Positions 13,499-24,254 of a DNA stretch of 64,000 nt are shown in pieces. Made by a program: the position numbers and the translations under genes. The stretch lies in contig CM059431.1 in NCBI GenBank assembly GCA_030390025.1, positions 125,738,001 to 125,802,000 on the forward strand, in the 5' to 3' direction. Source of the stretch: Squalus acanthias (taxonomy: Eukaryota). The notes beneath the pieces are model-generated. The model had not been told where the DNA came from. It worked only from the letters and a program-made list of their open reading frames with translations, and made no database searches. The first letter of the stretch is position 1; every line of letters starts with the position of its first letter.

Positions 13499-13831
13499 CT
13501 GGTTTGTGCAAAAGCCTTAAAGTCAGCAAAAAGAATTTCAGCACCTGCCACATCAGTCCCTGTGGACATTTGAAACTTGCAACAACTATGGAAAGCATCA
13601 AAAACGTGTAGCAACAGCCAGAAGAAATAAAGCAGCAACTAACCTGTAAGTAGCTGATGATCTCTTTAAATAGCGCTGATGGGGAGGTGGTGGGGGGCCT
13701 TCTGCTGCTTAACGTCCTGTTGAGCTGTGCTAGGTTAAGAGAGGGCATCACCTGGAAGGTGGGCTCCAAATGGCACGCTGATTAATGTCATGATCTGCCT
13801 GCTCTGCTTACTTCCAGTGGATGATAATTGC

Positions 13832-15609
13832 TGTAGGGGGTGGTGGTGGTTTATGCCAGCTTCACCTCTGGCCTCTGAGTGGTTCGAATCGCTCCCACAC
13901 CCTTGGTTCTAGACCTTGGGCTTATTTAGGGTTGTGAATAAAAGGTGCAGTAGACAATTGAGTTTAATGAGAGAACTCCAAACTTTATTCAAGATAAAAC
14001 ACAATAACAGACATAAACTTCAAGTACAGTAGGGGAACACTTCGGTACAAGCGAGAGAAATGACAGTACAACAGTAATTCACCACTCCCAACCCCACTAC
14101 ACTAACTAGGTTGGGTTTCAGAGGACCAGGAATAATGCTCACCACTCCTTGACAGTTCTTGACAGTTGAGGTATTTCGCGATTTCGGGGTTCACTGGGGT
14201 TTTTGGTTGTTGGGGCCTGCCGTGCCCCAGACGTGGTAGAAGACTTCAGTTGCACTCCAGGTCAGTTTGGGTCTGTCCGCTGATGCGGTAGGGTGCGTTT
14301 TGGACTTATCAGGTGAGTACCCAATTTCTTTGTTTCTAGCTGCAGGGTTTAGAGTCTTTGCATGTAAGTCTTACCCAGGGGTAAGCCAGGAGTAGTTGTA
14401 GTGTTGGCGTTTCTTCGGTTTTCCCCTGGTATGCTGGTTTCGGTCGCGGTTACCTGGTGGTTGGTTGCTGCGTGGGGCCTTGGTTTCCGCGGTATTTTCG
14501 AGTGTCGGTTTACCTCGTGGAGCCCTTGGCGGCTCTTGTTGTTGGTTCGTTGCGTTGGAGGCCTGTCGGGGCGGTACCTCCTGAGCTGGACCGTATGTTG
14601 AGCGATGCCGACTCGCTCCCAGCTTCCAGTGACCTTTGCTAGTGTCTGCTAGAGCTGGACCGTATGTTGAGCGATGCCGACTCGCTCCCAGCTCGTGTTC
14701 TCAGTTCTAGCCCTTGCCTGGCCTTGTCTGTCCCTGCCTCCGATCTCGCCTCGGGTCTGCCTGCCTCGTGGCCTAGCTGCTTGTCTCTCCTCCTGCTCGT
14801 TGCTTGCGTGTTGAGTTGACTTCCGAGTGTGGTGCCCGACTCTGCTCTCTCCACTCTCTCCGCTCTGTGCTAAGGGTCCCCCAATTATACCCCATTGGGA
14901 TTCCTTTATCTCTGCGCCAAATCTCGTTTGCTCTTTGTCTGTGCTTCCGTGAGCTCATTAAGTCTGATGACTTTAACTTTGTGTTAACTTGTCCTGATGG
15001 CTACCGATGTCTTCCATTGAGACAGGGCCCCTATCTACGCGCCAAATCTCGCTTCTTTTGTCTTAGGTTTTGGCGGGCTTGTTAAACTGTTCCGGTCGAT
15101 ACTTGGCTAATCGGTTTCTGATGGGATGATGGGCTATGAAACTGTGTACTGGAAGTTTTATTGTTAGGAATTGTTTTCAGACTTCCAGCATCCTGTCTGG
15201 ACCTGGGGATTTCAAAAGGGGTCTTGGTTTATTCATTTTTGAATGTGTTTGTGATGTTTTGGATGAGGCTCTTCCTCCTTGGTTGGATTGCAGTGCAAAC
15301 ATCTCCCAGACAGCTTGATTTGGTCCCAATGACCAAAAGCTGTCCACTGCCTCAACACACCCCTTCCCGCAGCCTGTGTTTCTGTGACTGCAGGTTTACC
15401 CAATGGCCCTTTTTTAAAAGGTATCTTATCATCCAAAGTCATTTTCCTCAGGGCTTTTTCTTCCTTGATCCTTTCAAAATGTTCAAAACTGAGGTTTTGA
15501 CCTCAAATTCCTTCATTTTGGTCCCACCATTCCAAATTCGTGTTAAGATCCAAAAATCACCCCCTTTAGGGTTCTATTCGAGTTTCTGGGGGATTTTGCG
15601 AAGCCTGCA
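13832..15609 (-). mobile_element. Solo LTR, divergent family C of the same ERV lineage
   Basis: TG...CA ends with TSD TTGC. Shares the GAGTGGTGAGCA donor motif, AATAAA, TATAAT and the U5 TTCGAACCACTC motif with families A and B. Confidence 0.8.
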
Positions 15610-17313
15610 TTGCGTGCGCGCTAACTCATTTACCAATATGTCGTCTGCTGCGCTTTGCATCAGATGCATGTGCATGTGCCACGGACGCCATGTTGGAACC
15701 TTAATAGTGTCCTCATAGTGCTCAAAAAACAGGTGCGACTGAGCCCAATTTTGACACCCTAAAGTTTAAACCAGGAAGTATAAACCAGAAACAAATTTAA
15801 ATTATGCACAGAAAGCTAAATAAAGATTGTGAAATACAGATGGAATTAAGAAAGAGAGATAAAAGAGACAGAAATAGTAAATAAAATTATTATAATTTTT
15901 TTTTGAAAATATCCAACACTAATTAATTTCTGAAGGAATGAGTCACCGCACTTGTAAAATTAAACTTTCAGGACCAGACAGGTTGTTTGGCAGTAATTAT
16001 CACTTATCACGCTGTTAAAAAATCACTTACTCCTGAATGTACCAGCCCTAACTTTTTCTGGTGTTTTTAGTGGAGAACTAGTGGGCAATTTCCCGCCATT
16101 GCTTTGATTTCAGTGCCGAGTCTATTGGTGAGGACTGTTACAGCGCACCCTGTGGAGGAGCAGGTTATCTCTGACAGCAACTGCGGATTTCCGCATTAAA
16201 CTGCACATGTGGAAGTAGCTGTCTGATTTACTCCATTATAACGGTGAGCACTGTTAGCCTCACCATTATTATCGACGTAAAATCAGGACCATTGTATAGA
16301 CTTTGTGATAGCGTAAATTGCAGATAGTCTGTTGGAAGAAGTAAGTTTTATGAAAATAATTAGTCATATAAAGGAAAAGTTGAGCTGTCAACAACACCTG
16401 CTTACACAGTCTCCTTAGCAGTAGTCATTCTCCCAGTAAATTAATGTATTGAAGTTTAGGTACTAGATGCACAGTTTGTTTACAGCCCTTTTCAGATTTC
16501 TCTGAAATGAATAAATAATAATTTGAGACAAGCATCAAACCCAAGTGTTGTCTTCCCACATCCATCACTGACAGTTTCTTGAGATTTGTCTTTGTAATTG
16601 TGGCAAAATTTTATTCCTCATAAATATAACAAGACATTCAGGATACTGCACATCCTTTTTCATTTCAAATCATTGTAGAGGTAAAGCAATGACTCTGCTT
16701 TGTATTGTAGGGTTCCCATTATAACAGAAACTATTTGCGTGCTGTTATTGCACTAAATTACATAGCAAGAAGATCTTTGTACAGTGTGCTTGTGAAATGT
16801 ATGCCTTGTAAGAAATAAAGCAATCATGCTTGTGAAATGATACAATACTCATCATAACACACATTAATGTGTAAATGAGGTGGAATCCATCTGATATGAG
16901 GACCACGTGACAGATGGGCCTCAATTTTAAAATGGAGCGGGTGACTTATCTACTCCCTTCCCACCTCGATTTGACCGACTACAATCTTCAATTACTGACA
17001 GCAAAGACACCCGCCCCAAACCGGCGGGGTTCAATTTAAATATGCACAGCAGGCTCCAACGATATAATCAGGGCCTGATCTGCAATTTTAAGCCGCAGCC
17101 TAAGCAGTAGAGCAGTGGTGGCTTCCCCTCCAGATCACACCTGCCGAGAACAGGAACCAGGCCAGAAGTGGCCCAGTAAGTTAAGTTATCTATATTTTAG
17201 TGTCCTTGTGGCACCAGGAGGAGTAGGAATGCTCATCCGGGCCTCAGAAGGATATCCTGAGCCTTCCCTGCTCTAGGATTCTCCCCGCTGACTGGGATTC
17301 CCTACCTTCCCGA

Positions 17314-17997
17314 CAACAAAAACAATTTACATTTATATAGCACCTTTAACATAGTAAAACGTCCCAAGGCTCTTCAAAGGAGCTTTACCAGACACAATTT
17401 GACACCGAGCCACATAAAGAGATATTACGACAGGAATTATGGTCAGAGAGGTTGGTTTTAAGGAGTTTCTTAAAGGAGAAGAGAGAGGCGAAGAGGTTTA
17501 GGGAATTCCAGAACTTGGGCCTAGGCAGCTGAAGGCATGGCCGCCAATGGTGGGGCTATGGAAATCAGGGATTCAAAAGAGGACAGGGTTGTAGGAATGC
17601 AGAGATTTGAATGGGTTGTAGAGTTGGAGGACGTTACAGAGATAGGGAGAAGAAAGGTCATGGAGGGATTTTAATATTAGGTTAAGAATATTAAATTCAA
17701 GGCATTGCCAGACCGGGAGCCAATGTAGGTCAGTGAGCACAGGGGTGATGACTGAATGAGTTGGTGCGAATTAGGATACAGGCAGCAGAGATTGGGATGA
17801 CCTGAAGTTTTCAAAAGGTGGAAGGTGGGAGGCCAGCAAGTAGAACCTGGAGGTAACAAAAGCATGGATGAGGGTTTTAGCAGCAGATGGGCTGAGGCAG
17901 GGGCGGATTTGGGTGATATTACGCAGGTTGAAATAGGTAGTCTTGGTGATGGAGAGGATATGGGGTTGGAGGTTCAGCTCAGGGTCAAATAGGGGTT
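17314..17997 (-). mobile_element. L2-type LINE 3' fragment (continues at 43328-43588 and 44349-44460)
   Basis: FDPELNLQPHILSITKTTYFNLRNI...AKTLIHAFVTSR; the sequence resumes after the ERV TSD. Confidence 0.8.
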
Positions 17998-19598
17998 TGT
18001 AGAATTCGCAATATATCGCGATTTGATTAATAAGGAGAAAACACAAAGTTTCGTTCAAACAGCTTTTATTTCAGCAGAATGCTGGCAGGTTTAAATTGGA
18101 CACAAGCAGCCTGTAAAATGGCCGCCGCACCTCGTGACAGAACATTCTAGACTTTTCAACAGGCAGACAAGATGGCGTTCCATTAAACATTTGTGCAAGA
18201 TCGATAACGATTCAGCACAGTGAAGATAATACACGAGACATTATGGGTTTGCAGTATAAACATAGATACTGGAATCGGTCTCCCAGGTACAAAGGAAAGC
18301 CATTGTACCGAGTAATCAAGGGCCCATCCAAAGGACATTAATATGTAAACTCCCAACGACTCTACGATGAGAGAGCCGTTAGCAGGTAGTTATACATGAC
18401 ACTTGGAAGCCCCAAACCCCTCCAGGGAGAACACCGACCGATTTAACAATGGGAGAAATATTAACAGGTACTCAAACATTCATGAGTAGCCCCGAAACCC
18501 ATTAAGAACGGAGATCACCCATACAAGACATTTGGGCGCCAAACCCTAAACAAAAGAATGGACATTATAGTTGGGCGGGAAACGGAAGATTTTTGCACTA
18601 TAATTGCAGGCCCCAAACCGTCCATTCGCTCTCTTGCCTCTTGCCTCGTGCTCTTGTTCGTGCTCCTGCGTTCGCTCGCTTGCTCCTGTGTTTTATCCGG
18701 TCGATTCGTAACCTCGTGGCTGCTCCTGTGTACTCGTAGTTGGGCTTCTGCGTGCCTGTTGCCTCTTCTGAAAAGACTGTTGAACTTTCTGATCCGTACG
18801 GATCTACCTCGTGTCGCGAAACGAAGACCTATGTTGGTAACTGGCAGCGGAACCAAAGGCCCGAGATGAGATGAGATGAGAGGAGAAGAGAAGAAGACCA
18901 TATCCATCGCCACGGTCAGTAAATCCCGACCGCGCCTGTAGGTCGATCAGCCAAGTTTCTCCTTGCCAGGAAGACTTCTTTGAACTTTAAAGGACAGACC
19001 CCGGAAGATTCTCCTTTGAGATATTGACTAATCTGTGAAACCCACCAACAGAGGTCTTCATCACAGCAGACGGTCCAGCCTACTAGCCGAAGCAGCAGAA
19101 GCAAGTAAACAAGTGGGACCAGGAGATCTCCTGACCGACACGTGGGTGCTGCGGTGAAAAACATCCGATCAGCTATTCGGAATTTCTCCGAGTTATCACG
19201 AGTGGTGAGCATGAGTCTCGAGATCCTACGAAGCTAGTTTAGGATAGATATTGATAGGGGAGGGTTTAAAGATTAAGGATATTTGTAATGTGTGCCCCTA
19301 TTTACGTTGTGCCGTTCGTTCCTCGTTTCCCTAAGATCGACTATATAACTGTTTGTAAGATTGTACTGTCATTAATCTGTGCTTATGACATGTATTTCAT
19401 AATTTTAAGTATCATGCAATAAAGTTTTTCCATTTCGTACCATTCAAACCAAGTCTACATGAGTTTTATCTCCATTACTGCTCTCGCATCTAAGTCCAGT
19501 GTCTAGAACCGTAAGGGAGAGTGATTCGAACCACTCACAGGTGTGTCTAGTGTTCCCAGACAGGCTGGAGACCAGAACAGGCAACCAGGCCTAGACCC
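17998..19598 (+). repeat. Outer provirus 5' LTR, first 1601 bp
   Basis: Identical by eye to 41650-43250 (offset 23652). TATAAT at 18599, donor GT at 19205, AATAAA at 19418. Confidence 0.95.
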
Positions 19599-21195
19599 TG
19601 TAAGGGATTCTCTCCTGACCCTGCGTGTCTCGTAGCCTGTGAGATTCACGCGGCTCTGTGCAGCCTGTATGTCAGTGCGGGTCTAGGCCTGGTCTCCAGC
19701 CAGTCTGGGAACACTAGACACCCCTGTGAGTGGTTCGAATCACTCTCCCTTACGGTTCTAGACACTGGACTTAGATGCGAGAGCAGTAATGGAGATAAAA
19801 CTCATGTAGACTTGGTTTGAACGGTACGAAATGGAAAATCTTTATTGCATGATACTTAAAATTATGAAATACATGTCATATGCACAGATTAATGACAGTA
19901 CAATCTTACAAACGGTTATAATCACTCTTAGGGAAACGAGGAACGACCAGCACAACGTAAATAGGGCACACATTACAAATATCCTTAATCTTTAAACCCT
20001 CCCCTATCAATATCTATCCTAAAACTAGCTTCGTAGGATCTCGAGACTCATGCTCACCACTCGTAATAACTCGGAGAAATCCCGAATAGCTGATCGGATG
20101 TTTTTCACCGCAGCACCCACGTGTTGGTCAGGAGATCTCCTGGTCCCACTTGTTTACTGCTTCTGCTGCTCGGTCAGTCGGCTGGACCGTCCGCTGTAGT
20201 GAAGACCTCTGTTGGTTGGATACAAGGTATGGTGGAGCACCGTTGTCAATATCGCTGATACGATGTGTTTGCACAGTCCAGTTATCGTCGATGCAATATG
20301 TCTTGTTAAAGAAGAAAACTTCCTGTCGAGAAGACTTGGCTGATCGACCTACAGGCGCGGTCGGAATCTACTGACCGTGGCGATGGATAAGGTCTTCTTC
20401 TCTTCTCCTCTCATCTCATCTCATCTCATCTCATCCCGGGCCTTCGGTTCCGCTGCCAGCTACCAACATAGGTCTTTGCAACAGTCTTTTACACAGGAGC
20501 AGCCACGATGATAACAGCAACAAGCGGCAAGAGTCAAGAACACGAGGCAAGAGCAAGAGCAAGAGGCCAGAGAGAGAATGGACGGTTTGGGGCCTGCAAT
20601 TATAGTGCACAGTTCTTCCGTTTCCCGCCCAACTACAATGTCCATTCTTTTGTTTAAGGTTTGGCGCCCAAAATGTCCTGTATGGGTGATCTCTGTCCTT
20701 AATGGGTTTCGGGGCTACTCCTGAATGTTTGAGTACCTGTTAATATTTCTCCCATTGTTAAATCGGTCGGTGTTCCCCCTGGAGGGGTTTGGGGCTTCCA
20801 AGTGTCCTGTATAACTACCTGCTAACGGCTCTCTCATCGTAGAGCCGTTGGGAGTTTACATATTAATGTCCTTTGGATGGGCCCTTGATGGCTTTCCTTT
20901 GTACCTGGGAGACCGATTCCAGTATCGATGTTTATACTGTAAACCCATAATGTCCTGTGTATTGTCTTCACTGTGCTGAATCGTTATCGATCTTGCAAGA
21001 ATGTTTATTGGAACGCCATCTTGTCTGCCTGCTGAAAAGTCTAGAATGTTCTGTCACGCGGTGCGGCGGCCATTTTACAGGCTGCTTGTGTCCAATTTAA
21101 ACCTGACAGCATTCCGCTGAAATAAAAGCTGTTTTGAACGAAACTTTGTGTTTTCTCCTTATTAAAATGAAATCGCGATAATTGCGAATTCTACA
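19599..21195 (-). repeat. Inner provirus 3' LTR
   Basis: Preceded on the minus strand by AACAGGAGGGAC; direct repeat of 30574-32170. Confidence 0.95.
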
Positions 21196-21619
21196 GTCCC
21201 TCCTGTTGATGCGAATAACTCCGCTTATCGTATCAAAAATCTCAGTGGTGAGCAATCTTATCTCGATTTCACTCCGAATCCAGTAAATTAATCCCATAAA
21301 TTTTAACTTCACTAGGGTCTCTGTGTCGTCCTCATTTCCCAAGAAAAGTCACATTTTATATCACCGTAGGCATCATTTGCCCTTAAACTTACACCACTTG
21401 TTTTCCTTCCCGGCGTAACCAGGCCGATACCTCACGCATCACCTGTATATTTGTCTTTTATTCAAGGGAAGGAAAAACAAAACCCAAAAACCAAACAATC
21501 AACACCATCACCAAAATAAACAAATCCCGACTCTTAAACATGTCGAGTTTCCAACGTATTTACAATGAGTACAAACTTCCGCGGCGCACGTGGCGAGCGG
21601 GAGTGACGCCATTTTCCCA

Positions 21620-23970
21620 TTACACTGCGCTCTCATCGTGCACGCGCACGTAACGTTCTCGCCACTCTCCCGTGTTCTCATGCTTGGTGAGGCGCTTGTC
21701 TCTTTTACAATGTATGAACAAAAGGTATACTACAATAAACACTTGACAGACGACTAAAATGTGGGAGGCTATTCTGACCCATGAGGGCACTTCAATATTC
21801 GTGAACAGATTCCACCACGGTGGAACCACTATGTCCAAAATGTCTGTACCTATCTCGACAGTTTTCTGCTCTAACGTATAAAAATGCTTCTGTGAAACCG
21901 CGACGGCTTTCAGAAGTTTGGTTAAATGCTCAGGGAGAGGGGGAATGAGGTACCCAAAATGTGCGACAAATCGCTGCAAGTCGGTAAAATTCTCTTTTAC
22001 TGTGAGATGAACAGTGGATGGTTCAGGGATTGGGATAATTCGCTGTTGTGCTACTTGAACTTCAGCCCTGGGTTTAAAACAGAAACTGCTGTCACTCACC
22101 GGACACCGGCTACGGTTTCCATGCTGGTAGTGTTGCGCTGCAGTGGTAACACAATATGTTCCACCCCCGATGTATGCTACCTGCGGAGGCACATGATCTT
22201 GTGCCATTGCCTCCATGGTGCAATTCATGGACTTGGCGCCAGCCGTTCTGAACCCGCACTGTGGTGTTAAAAAGGCATTCAAGTGCTGGGGGCACAGTAT
22301 TATGTGTGCTCCCCTGCCACGACAACCAGAGAGATCTGTACCTGTCATCGTTTGCTCCCAGCGGATGACGTAAGGTGGAACCGCTGCATAACGAATGTGG
22401 GCTCCCCCCTGAATGACACCAATGTTCTCTACCCGATACACCGGGGCGGGCTTTGCTGTGTTGCCCAAAACCGGCATGCGTAATACTATTCCCATAATAG
22501 TATGGTTTGAACGTCCGCAGTCCACGGGGACTGGGTAAGCTTCTGAAGCTAGCCTGAGCTGGCACGGACTTAATGCGTTCTGAAAAGGGTGGAGCGCCCG
22601 CAGGTGTTTGTTACTTATCCAGGACGGGACCAAACCTTGTTTTAAATCCTCCAAATTACTGCGGCCCTCGCCCAGTAACCACGCCCCGTAAAGCACGCAC
22701 ACCTCGTTCTGCGCAGCTTGATCGGATGCATTCCGATCTTCCCTAATCAGGGCATTTACCGTACGCGCATGTTTCTCCAGCTCTGCTATGATTTCCTTTA
22801 AGTGGAGTGTCATGGCTTGGTCCTCGTGCAGACCCGACCCTACCACTTTATTCTCATCTGTAAGAATATCCTTTAACTGTGTTTTTAAACCATTAATCTG
22901 GGTCTGCAGCTCCACACTGTCTAGAGCGTTGACCACAGATGTCCCTGTGTTAAAAGCAGTGAACGCATCGTTCACCAAACCCCTTCTTTGCCTCCCTACT
23001 TGGTCCAAAACTTCCTGCGGTGCGGTGTATAAACTTGTCTTATCAATTTCTGCAAAATCAAACTCGTAAAATTGCCTGAACATCTTGGTCAACAGGACCT
23101 GGTACAACTGTTCCGTCTTTTTGGGGCACCACTCTGGTAACCGTACCTCAGTGAGATTTAAAATCACCGAGGCCACCGCGTAATGTACCCCCTGAAATAG
23201 TATCTGGTCTGTGGGGACCAGTACCAAACCGTTCCCGGGTCCCTTACTAGTTTTAGGGCACCCTTCTTCCTCAGTTAGACTACCGGAATCGTGGGCGGGG
23301 CTTTGCGTGGGCGCGTAATGAGCTCAGTGGCATTTACTGGGATCGGAGAGTATGGGGCTCCGCACCCCCTGGTGCTCGCATCCCACCTCATCCCCTGTCC
23401 GTTATCCTGCCACTGGTTAATAAAGAATATGGAGATGCCTTTGGGGCAAACGTACTTTGACCCCCACATACAAACATAAATCCCCTCATCTGGTTCCCAC
23501 CATTTGTCCCAACAGACTTTCACTTGTCCATCTGTCCCCGTAATTGTCCGATGGGTATTATTACCCAGTCGCTCCCACTCAACCGAAGAGTTCCTCATAG
23601 TTTTGCTCAGCTTTCGCAGCCACCACCATCGGCTCAATGGGACATTCCCACTGCAGGTCAAACAAATCCGTTTGCCGACGGTGACGCTGATCCTGGGTGC
23701 GATGATCCGTACTTTGGGGCACATTAAAGAAGTCTCTTTGTAGGCGAACCCCGATGTGCTGGAATACTCCGTTGAGTTCGTTCCCAGCCATCCTGGCCAC
23801 CTTCCCTTGTGGAAATAGGTGCTGGTCCCTTCTGCCTTCCGTCTCCCGGTCCCATCCACCGCGATGGGGGCCGTGTCCCCGGAACATCCAAACACCACGA
23901 CATCCTTGGTGAGGCCCCGATAGGCCAATCCACATCCGATTGCCACGAGCAAAACTAGAAGTCGTTCCAT
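21620..23970 (-). pseudogene. env: env: signal peptide, Ig-like domain, RQRR furin site, F-protein-like fusion subunit, TM and tail; one frameshift near 23275
   Basis: ORFs 23275-23970 and 21620-23227 are read contiguously across this point in the outer copy. TM IASHILVVCQVFIVVYLLFIHC; YVRV motif in the tail. Confidence 0.9.
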
Positions 23971-24254
23971 CCTTCCTTGGTTCCTGTGATCAGATAGAAT
24001 GAGGTAGCCAGCCTCGCAAAAAGTCTCTGGCTTTTGTGAAGGGTGAGCGGGTCCCCTGACCTCGCCTCACGTAAACTTCAACGTTTGCTGAATAGACTTC
24101 CTCTAAACCTAGCCTTAAAACTCCCATCATTTTATCGTTTTCTGTTAAAAACACTACAAACTTAACCTTATTAAAACTACTTAAAACTTTAAACTAAAAC
24201 TTAAAACCTTAAACTAATAACTTTACAATGCCGCCCGTTCTCAGGGCGGCCCCT

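Noticed and set aside
14583..14693. 42-bp direct repeat (GAGCTGGACCGTATGTTGAGCGATGCCGACTCGCTCCCAGCT) resembling a repeat-spacer unit
   Set aside because: Only two copies, inside a eukaryotic LTR; an ordinary LTR-internal duplication, not CRISPR.
8887..16290. Outer TIR element enclosing the Harbinger and two solo LTRs
   Set aside because: TIR match is only partial and the TSDs disagree (AGT versus ATT); plausible but unsupported.
16711..16812. AG...GTAAGA-bounded open stretch (GSHYNRNYLRAVIALNY...)
   Set aside because: Could occur by chance in AT-rich DNA; no homology recognised.
18515..19212. ORFs of 98-132 aa within the LTRs (also 42167-42864 and 221-493) as accessory genes
   Set aside because: They recur only because LTRs are repeated. 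Frames are broken by indels between LTR variants and show no recognisable domain.
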